This document shows positions 19,485-40,030 of a stretch of DNA of 64,000 bases, piece by piece (the first letter of the stretch is position 1; each line of letters opens with the position of its first letter). A program made the position numbers and the translations under genes. A model generated the notes under the pieces. That model saw only the letters and a program-made list of their open reading frames with translations, had not been told where the DNA came from and did no database searches. The DNA comes from the human T2T-CHM13v2.0 reference genome, Homo sapiens. Where the stretch lies: NCBI RefSeq assembly GCF_009914755.1, contig NC_060946.1; one strand, 5' to 3'.

Positions 19485-19510
19485 CGGAGTGCCAAGGGCC
19501 CAGACACCAT
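19485..19510 (-). CDS. HIC2: HIC2 first coding segment in exon 2 (MVSGPLAL + first 2 nt of the Arg codon)
   Basis: Reverse complement reads ATG GTG TCT GGG CCC TTG GCA CTC CG|gtgagg. It joins in phase to G TGG TGC GCG of exon 3. 26+1822 = 1848 nt = 615 codons plus stop, matching the HIC2 N-terminus MVSGPLALRWCAWAGRGDM. Confidence 0.95.
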
Positions 19511-19583
19511 GTGAGCAGCAGCCAGCGGGGGGGGGGCCTCCTGAGCGCGTGGCCTTCCTGGGGGTGCATCAATGCCTGGTCAC
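19485..19583 (-). other. HIC2: HIC2 exon 2 (99 nt; 5'UTR plus start codon)
   Basis: Polypyrimidine tract and acceptor tcttctcttccccag|GTGACC at 19584/19583; donor CG|gtgagg at 19485/19484. Confidence 0.88.
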
Positions 19584-19935
19584 CTGGGGAAGAGAAGACG
19601 AACACAGTCACCCAGACAGCCATCAGCGAAGAAGGGAGGGAAGGGCGATGAAGGGACGCACCTGGGGGTCTCTGGCTGGGGCACCAGGGGCAGCCCAGCA
19701 GGAGACTGTGGCCACAGAGCCTGGTAGTTGGATCTGACAGCCAGGAAGAGTAAGGACCAGCGAACAGGTCTAGGGAGTTCGGTGGGTGCAATGCCTGCCC
19801 CTCTAACACACACAGGAGATTAAGGACACCCAGGGGCCACCTAGGCCAGGGGGCGCTGGTGGCAGACACACAATTCTTGGCCTGCGGGTGTGGTAGCAGG
19901 AGGCCTGGGCAGGGCCCTTCCCAAGCTGGCCACAT

Positions 19936-19987
19936 TTACATAACAAAAGGTCAAAATTGGAGCCACTTGTGCAAGGGCTATTTATAA
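19936..19987 (-). promoter_or_regulatory. Candidate alternative promoter/enhancer ~350-400 bp upstream of exon 2
   Basis: TATAAATA on the minus strand (19979-19986) overlapping a MEF2-type CTATTTATAA; NBRE AAAGGTCA (19946-19953); PAR-bZIP TTACATAA (19936-19943); NKX-type CCACTTG (19963-19969). Confidence 0.45.
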
Positions 19988-22368
19988 GAACCAGTCTCAA
20001 CCGCTTTTGGCTCCCCCGTTCCTTCCCTTCCTGATCTGCTCTCACCGCCTCCCTGCCCAGAGGGCCCAGCCCCCTAGCCCGCCTGGCCTGACCACATGGC
20101 CTTCCCTCTCCAGAGGTTTCACTGCCTAAGGGCTCACCCAAGCTGCAGGCCTGGGCTTTCAATACCGGCCCACCAAAGCCTTGGGCAGCTGCCGCCAGGA
20201 AACGAGGGGTTCCCTCCCACCCCCAGAGCTCTGGGTCCTGCAGGAGGGGGGATCCTGAGGTGGTGGGTCCTTGCACCCCACACCTGCCAGCCTGGGCCCC
20301 CACGGAATAGAGCCGGGGTCGGGGAAGGGGCGTGCAGCGGCCCGTCCCCGTTTCCCCTTCCCCCACTCCACCCCCAGGGCCAGGGAGGCTCAGCAGGTCC
20401 CTCAGGAATGTGACCAGACCCGGGGTGCCGGCCCAGAGCTGGGAGGCCTAGGCTGCAGCTGGCCAGCTGTCTCTCCAGCCCCTAGTGCAGCTCCCCTCTG
20501 GGTGGGGGGTGTGAGGGGAGGGGGTGCATGGCTGGTCCAGGACCCCACCAAAGGCCCAGAGGGCAGCAGAACCAGCTCTGTTGGTAGGAAGCCCAAGGGC
20601 GTCCACAGTTAGCAAGGGTTGGGCCCAGTGGGCTAATGCTGGGATGAGGCCAGTAGGGCAGGGGCCACTGAAACACTGGCGGGAGCAGTCGAAAAACTGG
20701 GTAGAGGGTCTCGGTGGCACACTGGAGGCAATCAGATACCACCATCCAGCCCTGTGCCACTTCATCTGCTCCCCAACCACTGCCCCTCAGGACCCAGTCA
20801 ACCATGGGTAGAGCGCATGCCAAACTCTGCAGCCAGGGGTCACCTGACCTTGCCAGAGGCCAGGCCAGCTACTGGATGCCGCGCAGGGAGTGGGTGGCAG
20901 AATAGGACTGGGGGGCACCTGAGTGCCATGGGGGTGGGAACACCCTCCGTCAGTGCCCACTGCCTGGCCCTGACGGGCACTTTACAAGCCCAAGGCTAGC
21001 ACTAGGTCTCCCCACCAAGGAAGGATGGCCCCAGGCTGGGTCAGCTGTGATGTAGAACAGGGCAGGGCTCCTCCCTGAACCCTCCACTTGAGTTAGGGGG
21101 TGTCAGAGCCACCTGCAGAAAGTTCACAGCAAGCACAATGCCACCATGCGTGCCATCCACACCAGCTGGGCCAAGTCTGGGCCACATCTAGGCCGCCACT
21201 GTGTCTGCGAGCAGCAATGCAGCCTCACCCCATGGCGGGGCAGGGGGGTGGCACACGCCATCCTGCTGCGAAACGCCTACTAAGCACTGCTCCTTCCTTC
21301 TCAGCCACAGAGCTCTGCCCTACCCGCTCACCGCTGGACATGAAACAGCAAGTGCCTATCCTGGAGGGCTCCGCCTGGGGAGTGCCAGGTAACTAGAAAC
21401 ACGGCTCTGGGTGCTGGCCCGGATGCTGGTGCTCAGCCCTGGAAGCAGCTGACTGCAGGCTGCGATGAGAATGCCACCTAGCACCCAGCAGCCCCTGGCA
21501 GCAGGCCCGGGCAGCACGCCTATCAGCCCCGAGGCTAGCACGCCCAGCCCTGGCCTACTGCCCATCCAGAAACGCTGGCTCCCAGGACGCCCAGGATCTG
21601 AGGCAGTAGGGCAGCAGGCCTGGGCTATCGGGGCCAGCTGGGCATTCGCCTAAGGCTGTGACCCATCCCCTCCCTAGGACAGAGCCTTCAGGGGTCCAGG
21701 GGAGAGGCAAGAAGGGTAGCACAGAAACTATCTCCCAAGTTAGGATCCCTCAGCTCCAGGATTCCCCCTGTAGGTGGACTGGCCCCAGCTGGGAAGGACA
21801 AGAGCCCCAGCAGCTGGAGGGAGGGCCAGCTCTCTCTGCGGAATCCTGAAGGTCTGCAGGAAGGAACACAAAGCCTCGGGGTTACCTTCCCAGGCCATCT
21901 GTTAGAGCAGACACACGGCCCTGTTTACGGAACAGCCAACATGCCAACTGCTCTCCTTTCCTTCCCCTCCCAGTCCCCGCCACAAAAAAGCCAGAAAGCC
22001 ATGTCCCCAGACACTGAGGGCAGGCCCAGGGCCCAGGCAGGTGCTAGCGGGCTGGAACAGCACTCAGATACTCCAGCCTCTCAAGCCACTGGTGGCACAT
22101 GCCCAAGCTCTGTAGAACTGGGCCAGCCACAGCAGCCCCACCCCCGCTCTGTTCGCCCTCAAAGAACTTACAGTAAGGCAGCTGCTCTGCAAGGCCCAGT
22201 CAGAGCCTACCCGGCCCAGCAAGTCCATTCTGTGGCAAGAAAAACCTTGGGGACACACATACCCAACTGCTAAGTAAGATTATCTCTGGGGAGCGGGATT
22301 ACAGAAAAACCATAGTATCTGTATATTATGTTCATTTCTGTAATACTCAACATTTTAAAAAGTATTAC

Positions 22369-22659
22369 CTTTTTTTTTTTTTGATGGAATCTCATTCTGT
22401 CCCCCAGGCTGGAGTGCCATGGCGATCTGGGCTCACTGCAAACTCTGCCTCCCAGGTTCATGCCATTCTCCTGCCTCAGTCTCCCGAGTAGCTGGGACTA
22501 CAGCCGCCTGCCACCACGCCCGGCTAATTTTTTGTATTTTTAGTAGAGACGGGGTTTCACCGTGTTAGCCAGGATGGTCTCGACCTCCTGACCTTGTGAT
22601 CCGCCTGCCTCAGCCTCCCAAAGTGCTGGGATTACAGGTGTGAGCCACCGTGCCCAGCC
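22369..22659 (-). mobile_element. AluY in intron 1
   Basis: Y diagnostics (gtgttagccaggatggt); TSD aaaagtattac at 22358-22368 and 22660-22670. Confidence 0.92.
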
Positions 22660-22679
22660 AAAAGTATTACTTTTAAAAC

Positions 22680-23045
22680 CCTAAAAATACAAAGGGCAGA
22701 AATGATGCAGAGACATGGATGAACCTCACAGTCGTGGCACTGAGTGGAAGAAGACTTTTGCGAGAGTACAGACTGCATGACTCCATTTACATCAAGTTCT
22801 AGAATAGGCAAAACGGACTGAGGGTAAAAACCAGAGCAGAACAGGCTGTGAGCGACAGGTGAGGACTGTCCAGGATGGGGCGAGGGACAAGCGCCCACTG
22901 CCTGGCCCTGACAGGCCTATCCAGGACGGGGCATGAGGAACTCTTTGGGGTGAGGGCAGCTCTCTAGCTTGCTGGGAATCTGGGTTAAGGTAAATGAAAA
23001 TACAATTTTAGGCCCTTAATTGTATGTAAACTTTACTTCCAATGA
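22680..23045 (+). mobile_element. Old L1 (L1M) 3' fragment
   Basis: acatggatgaacctcac...tgagtggaagaagac...tgcatgactccatttacatcaagttctagaataggcaaaac is typical L1MB-ME 3'UTR. Confidence 0.7.
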
Positions 23046-25104
23046 AACCTCCAGACAGAGGCTTTCACAGGACATTCTCATCTCAGAAGCTCAGCACGAT
23101 ACCCTGGAAACACCACCAGCTAACCTTTCCTGGGCACTGTTGTATGCCCGACCATGTGCTATGTCACTGGAGCCGCAGGGCCACCCAGGAGCCTGTGCGT
23201 TCTGTCCATGTGATCAGGTGGGCTCCTCTCAATCTTCACACAGCACAGCTGAGCCTCAAACCCAGCACTCACCCTGACCTCTCACCTCCCCACAAGGTAG
23301 GAAAACCTGGGGCTGAAAGTGTGCAGGGACATGTCATCTTTAGCCTTGGGCAAAGGCAACCCTTCCCACTGATGATTTCCAGATCACCCAGGGGTATTGG
23401 TTCTGCCTCAATTTTCCAACTGGCACAGAGATCAAGGGCGACGGTGAAGCAGATTGGAAGGGCAAAGATGCCACGGTGGGAACAGGTTCCTATCCCTCCC
23501 GGCTGCTCCCCAGCTGGGTGGCCCTCAGTGCATCTCCAGAGGGCAGTCAAAAGCCCCAGGCCAAGACCACCCTGCACTCTGGATCCCTCTACTCGCTCAC
23601 CAAACACAGACCAGCCAAATAACCAACGGGGATGGCAGAGGCCAGGGCACTGTGCACCCCTCGCTGCCTCCTGACACTCGAAGCAGCCCTCCATTGGGGG
23701 ACCCACTAGCCCATGATCCTACGCGAGCGAGGTCAGGCCACACCTGCCCGTGTGTGGAGCCTCTGGTCAGTCCACGTGGCTGCAGGGGCCTGTGGGGAGG
23801 CTGGAACAGGGTTACCTCAAGGCCTTTCTTCTAAGCACCCAGCAAAGGGCAGGAGAGTGTGCTCTAGTCAGCATCTTTCAAAGGCCAGGAGAGAGGAGGT
23901 TTTCAGATCAAAGTGATCCCTGCTGAGGCAGAAAGCAGAAAACTCCAGCCCCAATTCTGAGAGGCACTGCCCCAACCCAGCCTGGATACCCACCTTGCCT
24001 AGAACCTTGGCCTCCAAGAAGCCAGGCATTCAGAACTGCTCCAGGTGCTGGGCCTCCACATGGCTCCTTCTGGAGGCCATGACTCTGGGAGACAGGAACA
24101 CATCTCACGCCCACGTCCAGGCCCACAGGCGGGGGTCAAACTCATCTCAGCCACATGATAACCCTGCCTTCAGACTGAAACTTCTGGCTCACGCCCAGCC
24201 AGGAGGGAGGCCTGGGGAGAAGGGTGAAGACCAGGAAAGGGCGCCACCCCAAGCAGGCCATCCCGCCTAGCCCTCCTAGGATCCTTCTCATCCACCTTCC
24301 TCCCTGGAAGCTATCCTTTACTACCAAGAAAGGGGCTTCCTGCAGGAGGCCTGGAGCTATGCTGGAGGACTGAGGAGAAGCTCCCCCCAGCCCACTCCCA
24401 AGGAGCAGCACCTTAACCACCTCCCAGCCTAAACAAAAGTAACAGTGAAATGAGAACCCTCCAGCTGACGCCAAGACAGCTGAGAGTGAGCAGGGCCGCC
24501 CACGGCCCGCCCGAGCTCCACTGTCAGGTGGGAGGGACAAGCATGCCAGGCTGAGAAGCCATGCTAGGCAGGGCAGGGCCACCAGGCAACTTCCACAACC
24601 CAGAGGTCTAAGTACATCTGACCAGGGTCAGAGAGAGCCCCAGACTTGCTGCCACTGCTCCCAAACTTCAGTCTAAGGTCAGCATCGGCCCTGGTTCCAG
24701 ACCAACCCCCAACTATAGTCACCTCATACTTCAGGTGTGGCCGGGACAGATGCAGCTGCAACGGGTGGCCCTGTGTGAGCTCAGCCTCTTCCCAGGAGCC
24801 CCTAAGCCATGGGAGAGACTGCCTGGAAGGCACAAGGCAGCCAGGCAGGAGGCAGCCAGTATCCAGAAGTGCCCCAAGGCCCAGCCCCTGGACACACCAA
24901 CCAGCCCTGCACAGTCACAAGCCCAGGACTTTGTTCATCCTATCCCCATGGCCTGGAGTCCTCCCTGAGGAAGCCTTGGTAGACAAGAGATAGCTCCAAG
25001 GGGCGAAGGCTGCACCTCGCCCACCGCCACAGCCCTGTATGAGATGGCAGCCTACATGTGGGCAGGTCTGATCTCCTCAATCTTCCCACAGGCCCAGTGA
25101 GCGG

Positions 25105-25230
25105 GGCGTTATCTCTGCAGTTTCAGATAAGAAATTAAAGGTTCTTGGGGGTTAAGCAACTTGCCCAGGGTCACAAGAGCATGTAGGTAGCAGAGTGAGG
25201 ACCTAAAGCCTGACTCCAGAGTTGTAGTCT
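25105..25230. mobile_element. MIR
   Basis: ttcagataagaaatta...ggttaagcaacttgcccagggtcaca matches the MIR core. Confidence 0.7.
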
Positions 25231-26339
25231 GATGACCCCCCCGCCCAACGCAGGCAGGGCCAGGGATGCCACTCACACATGGCTTCCAACTGCCAAGCTG
25301 CTTGGGGGAGCTAGAGGAGGCACCGCCCTCCATGCACTGGTGTGCCAGGAGCAGGGACTCCAGTCTGCACCTCCACCCTCACTCCCCCACCCCCCAGCAC
25401 CACCTGCCTATCCACAGCAGGGCCCCACCTGGGTGTATTCTCCCAAACTCACTGTGAGGGCATGGGGTCTGCCCAGCTCCTCCACCAGAAGTGACAAGGT
25501 GGAGCCCCCATGCAGCCTGCTTTGGAGGCCCAGGTTGTGCTTGCTGCTCCTCTGGGAACACCCCCACCCTCCATGACCTCCTTCCCTGTCCCTTCAGGAA
25601 TGGGCTGGTGGTGGGTGGGGCTCACTGCTCTGGGCAAGCCCAGCCATGTAATCCAGCCCAGACCTGGATGCCGGCCAGCAGCTCCTGGCTCTCCTCCCAG
25701 ACCATCCTCCTGGAAAGCAACAGGCTCCACAAATGCCAGGAGCCCAGCTCTCTCCAACGCAGCTTCTACAAAATAAACACTCGGGTTCCACTCAACACAT
25801 TGGTGATGCAGCGATTGGGACCTGAGGCTGGCCTCCTCCTCCTCTGCTCCTCAGGCCAGCCCTGTGGCCTAAAGTGAGGGAGGTAGCATCCACCCCAGCC
25901 CAGTGACTTTCCCAAGCCCGTCCTGAAATGCCCATGGGACCTACTGATGACCTCGTACTGCCCACAGCAGGGCCAAGCCCTGCATGGTCCGAGCCACCCG
26001 CCCATGGGTACTGTCCCTTCTGAGGTGAGGAAGCCCGGGCTAACACCCCAGCACAAGGAAAAGGCTGGAATGGGCTGCTGAGAGGAGAGCTGGACCGAAA
26101 GTGCCTCCAAACTGTGCTTCCCCCAGAAGGTACAGCCTCAGTCCCCTCCCTCTCCTCATCACTTCCGGGTTTGGAGCCAGCAAGGAATGAGGCCAGGAAG
26201 ACCTTGGAGACCTGCAGCTGATTTCCCCTGCTAGTGCTGGCACCAAGGAGGGCCCCAGGCCTGGCACAGTCTGGCTGACAGTTCTGAGACAGGATATTGG
26301 AGACAGGCAGGGGAACATTGCTTTAAGAAGCAGAATAAC

Positions 26340-26613
26340 GGCCAGGTGCGGTCTGTAATCCCAGCACTCCGGGAGGCTGACATGGGTGGATCATGAGGTC
26401 AGGAGATCAAGACCATCCTGGCTAACACTGTGAAACCCCATCTCTACTAAAAATACAAAAAATTAGCTGGGTGTGGTGGCACGCGCCTGTAGTTCCGCTA
26501 CTCCGGAGGCTGAGGCAGAATTGCTTGACCCTGGGAGGCGGAGCTTGCAGTGAGCCGAGATCGCGCCACTGCACTCCAGCCTGGGTGACAGAGTGAGACT
26601 CTGTCTCAAAAAA
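26340..26613 (+). mobile_element. AluY/Sc-type element
   Basis: TSD aagaagcagaataac at 26325-26339 and 26614-26628. Confidence 0.9.
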
Positions 26614-26924
26614 AAGAAGCAGAATAACAATTTAAGGTTGTGATAGTGACTACGAATGCTGTGCTCACCTCCAAACTCCATCCCAACACTACCCTGCCCC
26701 CTAAGAGGGGCCTGAGCATGGGGTAAAAGGCTCGCTGACAGCCAGAGAGCAGGAGCCCACGCAAGACCACCAGAGGATGTGCAGCCGCTGTTCCTAGTAG
26801 GTGAGGAAAAAGCAGGAATCTGGCATCCACACATGTCAGGAGGCAAAACAGGCCCTGTGCTGGTTTCTGCAGTCCTCTCCAGCCCACTTCCCTGCTCTTC
26901 TTGCTCACTGGCCATGACCCAAGA

Positions 26925-27035
26925 AACAGCAGCAGCACCACCAGGGATCTTGTTAGACACGCAGAGGCTCAGACTCCATCCAGCCCTAACCACCAGAACC
27001 CTGGGGGCTCAAACACACAGTCAAGTCTGAGAAGG
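26925..27035. mobile_element. MER5A-like DNA transposon fragment
   Basis: cagcaccaccagggatcttgttagacacgcaga...aagtctgagaa. Confidence 0.55.
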
Positions 27036-27869
27036 GCTAGGTTAGAAGCTTTTTTTCCTTCTTTTGTTTTTACCTGGACACCACTGATTGGAAAGCTCTC
27101 TACGGCCTGAAAGCCAAGCGCTCCACAAGTAGTAAACGCTCAAGGGATGGGCATCAAGTGGAAGGAGAAAGCCCCCAAAACGAAGATACATGTCCCATGT
27201 ACACAAGCTCACAGGCTGGTGAATACAAACGGTAGACCTAGAATGTGCCACACCAAGGCTGAGCGTGTTACCACAGGTACCAGAATGGTGACCACGCTGG
27301 AGGGTTCCACAAACCCTGATCAGAGAAGTAGGCGTGAGTGGCAGGCAGAGAACACAGCTCTGTGTGGCAGGGAGGGAGGACAAGCAGTGGCAGCACAGCA
27401 GACAACAGGTGGAAATTCTACATGAAAGGCACTAAATGGGCGAGGAAAGCCTGGGCCGCCCAGGTGGAAGGGACTATCGTGATCATCTCTCTCACCCTAG
27501 GGACACCTTAAAAGGAGGTAACTGAGCCCCAAAGGGAGGCACCCAGCACAGCTGAGTCACAGAGCTGCAGCCATCCAACCCACAGCTCCAGGAGGGACTC
27601 TCCAACTTCACAATTTCAAAATCAACCCTAGCAGCTAACAATTTCTTAATGCCAAGTAAAGACTAGAATTAGAAACAAACAGAAACCCTATCATCTTCTA
27701 CCATCATTACTTCACAAAAGAAAACATTTCAATGATCAAAGAGCAGGAAGAACTACTGGCAGTCCTGCACCTATGCAGTTCTCCAGGCCTGGCAAAGGCT
27801 CTGAGGCAACCAGCATGAAGGAGCCACTGCACCGTCTGTACGCAACACCGCCTGACCCCCGGGCTGGGA

Positions 27870-29340
<1,471 letters not shown>

Positions 29341-29656
29341 CACAGAAACCTTCAGAAGGGAAGCAGAGATCAACTTCATCCTGATCAGCAAGTAGACTCA
29401 GTCCAGGCAGCAACCTCTCCTGGACCCCCAACCAATAACAACAACACAGGAAGCAAAATATTGGCAGGACAGCTGGCAACGCGGCAATGTCCAGGATGGA
29501 GTGCCCATCCTAGAGGAGGGAGCTCACACAAGCCAGCCAGGAGCCCACAGGAAACAGAGAGACTACTGTAAATCCTTATTAAGAGCAGACTCATCTCTGC
29601 TATCTAAAAGATAAAAACCTGATAATGTTTTTAAGTTGTCCTAAGGTCCAATTGAC

Positions 29657-32985
<3,329 letters not shown>

Positions 32986-33446
32986 TCATCCCTTCCACAG
33001 ACACACCTGAGAGCTCCTGCAGGCCGTGCCCTACTCTGGGAGGAGCCTGCCCCCTCACGACTCCCTCCTCTGTGAAGCCAGAACTGCCTCTGTTGTCCCC
33101 CCGCTTCCAACGTCAGCACCAGCTGCCAAGCTGCTTCCCTCCTGCCTACCCCCACCACCCCATAGACCAGTACCCAAAGTTAGACCCTGTGTCCCAAGCA
33201 GCCACAGCAGCAGGCATGCAGCAGGCACTCATAAACATTCATTAGGTGAGCAAATGCTGGTCAGACCCAATGCTGAGAAGAGACAGAGTGAAACAACATG
33301 TGAAAGATAAGGAGGCACGTGGGGAAGATGGAAATGTCCAGTACCCTCCTTGCCACTGGTTCTAAAATTGTGTTGTTTACATTCTTAAATAGTCAGGGCT
33401 CCTAACGAGCATCTGCTTATGTGGCTTCTCTATTACTGTTTTGTGG

Positions 33447-37484
<4,038 letters not shown>

Positions 37485-39944
37485 CTTGTAACTTCTAAAT
37501 ATACTGAAAAAGGTATCGGGGACCCTCAGGGTCTGCAAACAACTTTGAGAATAGCTGACAAGCACTGCCTCAAATATTTCTAACAACTCGTTTACAGGCA
37601 AGGAGAATGAGGCCTGGAGAGCTTAAGAGACTGGCCCACGGAGGAAGCAGGAGTCATCTTTCCACAAAACTACACTTCCCCAAAAGCTGAACTCTTGGAC
37701 AAGGAGCCCACTGCCAAACCTAAGAGTAACAAATTTCAGCAAATAAAAGGAAGTGCCATTTCCAATGGCATCCTCGAATACTCTAAGAGGCGGGGCTGGC
37801 AGAATCCATCAATAGGCCTCCAGAGGCCTGCTACTAAGAGCCAGCAACGCTGCTGAAAGCGGCACTGCCTCTGCAGGCTGTGTGACCAGGACCCGGCGGG
37901 GGCCCTGCACCTGGAAGCAGAGGGGGTCGGTGGGGGAGGGGTGCTACCAGGAAGCAAGATGTGCATGCTGCCTGCTGGGGGCATGAAGTCAAAGTCCCCT
38001 CCTGCCCAAAGTGGCTAGGCCAGCCCTAGGCTGCCTTATCAGCATCAACACATGCCTGGAATGTGGGACTTTGGCAACAACCCTCTCCCTTCGGCCAGCA
38101 CGGGGCTGACGCCTGGTCCCTGGGCTCTGGTTCACAGTCAGAGGACAACCACCTTGAAGCACCAGAACCCGCACCCCCAGCCCATCTACCAGAAGACAAT
38201 CTACCAAGAGTCACCGAGAGGAGCTATCCTGCCTGTGTCCCCACACCACCAAGGGCCATGTCTGAGCACCTCGTTTGTCCACACTCAGAGAATCTCAAGA
38301 GCTCGGCTCTGGTCCCTGCAACGTCCAGACCATCCCCCACATGGCTCTCCTGGAGGTGTTCGGCAAAGGCACAGGCTGCCGTGGGGCAGAAGATTCCCAC
38401 ATACCAGACAGTAAGGAGCTGCGTGTGACTGGAAGGATGAGGACGACCCAGAGAACGCTCTCTGGCCCCTGGTCCTTGGGGAGGAATGGGGGACCTGCAG
38501 GGGACCACCTTCCCACTCTGGGAGCCAGATTCCCTGGCTTTGTCCAGAGCAGCCAACCCACTACCCCACTCAAAATGAACACCTCAGCTGCCCTCCAGCC
38601 CAAGCACTGCGCAGAGTAAGGAGTCCTCACTCACAAATGTGTCCGAGGCTTTCACACACTTCACCTGGAGCTTCGCCACTCACTTCTTAGATGTACGACT
38701 CTAACTTCTCTGAGCCACTTGTACAACGAGGACTGACAAGATGATGAGGACCACACCGGTGTGTTCTGACAACTGAACCGGGCATAGAATGCCCACTGCC
38801 AGGCTGAGCCCAGGAACGAGCCCAGGATGAGTGCTTACCCTCTTCACCACTACCTTCCTAGCCTTCTGTCAGAACTCCGTGGGGACCATCCTCTTCCCAT
38901 CTTCTAAGCCAAGTACCCTGGTACAAGCCAGACAGAAACTATAATAGCAGCTGCTTCCATAAAGGGGAAGGGCCATGGGGTCCCGGACAGGGCTGGGGTG
39001 AAGGGGCGCAAGACCTAGGGCAGGAATCCACCCCCAGATCACTCACTCAGGACAGGACCACCTGGACCCAGCTACCAAGATGTGCACCACCCCCTTCCTT
39101 CTGAGCCCCTTTTCCCATCTCCTCTACTGCCCCTGGCCAGGTTGCTGTCCCACCTCTAAGAGGCAAGATTTCCTACCCAGGATGCTGACCAAAACCACAC
39201 CCAGGGGCCTACCCGTCCCCTCACATGATAGGCTGCTCCTAGCTGGCAGGAGCCGTCTTATAGCCTCTCTCCCTCAAATACAAACAAAACCCCAGAACAA
39301 CCTATTGTTCTGTTCCAGCAAAGGGGGCCAGGCCCAGCCAGGCCCTACCTGAAGCTCTCTGTCTCCCGTCCCCCTTCAGTCCCCTCCCACTCGTCCTTCT
39401 CTGCCCCTATTAGTGGCCTCATATACCTTGTCCAGATAACACAGCCCAAGAAACCAACCTCAGGGACAAATCTCTTCTCTTCCAGGGAGAAGAAGACAGA
39501 GGTCCCAGGAGTCCCAGGGGCCCCCATTACTGGCCACCTCCGCTCAACCCAAACTGCACTATGTGAGGTCCCGCCAGACTACATACAGGCCAACGAGAGC
39601 CCAAGAATGCAGCCAGGAAACCAGGCCAGGCAGACTCCAAAAGCCCGTGCTACGGGGTCAGTAGGACCCGCCTACAGCTGAGGGCTATAGGCAGCTCTCC
39701 AGAGGACCTCCCAGGAGAAGCCAGCAGTGCACATGGGCTAGGTTCCTCCTGCTGTTCACCCTCTGTGCCCAGTAACTACCCAGGAACAGGCATGACTGAC
39801 TCTGCCAACTCATTCACTGGGTAACCGCTGACCCCACCAGGCCCTCGGAGTAAAGCAGTTAGTGAGAACCGCAGGTAAAAGCGCGGGCTACTCATCCCTC
39901 CGCCTGTGGATTCTATTATCAACAAAGATGCATCACCTGCTAGA

Positions 39945-40030
39945 AGAGCGGTTCTCAAACTTGGCTGCACATCAGGTTCACTTCAAAAGCTTCAGGAAAA
40001 GCTAGTGCCTTGGGCCCACCCCAGAGACAG
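39945..40030. mobile_element. MER5-like fragment
   Basis: agagcggttctcaaacttggctgcacatcag...tgccttgggcccaccccagaga. Confidence 0.6.
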
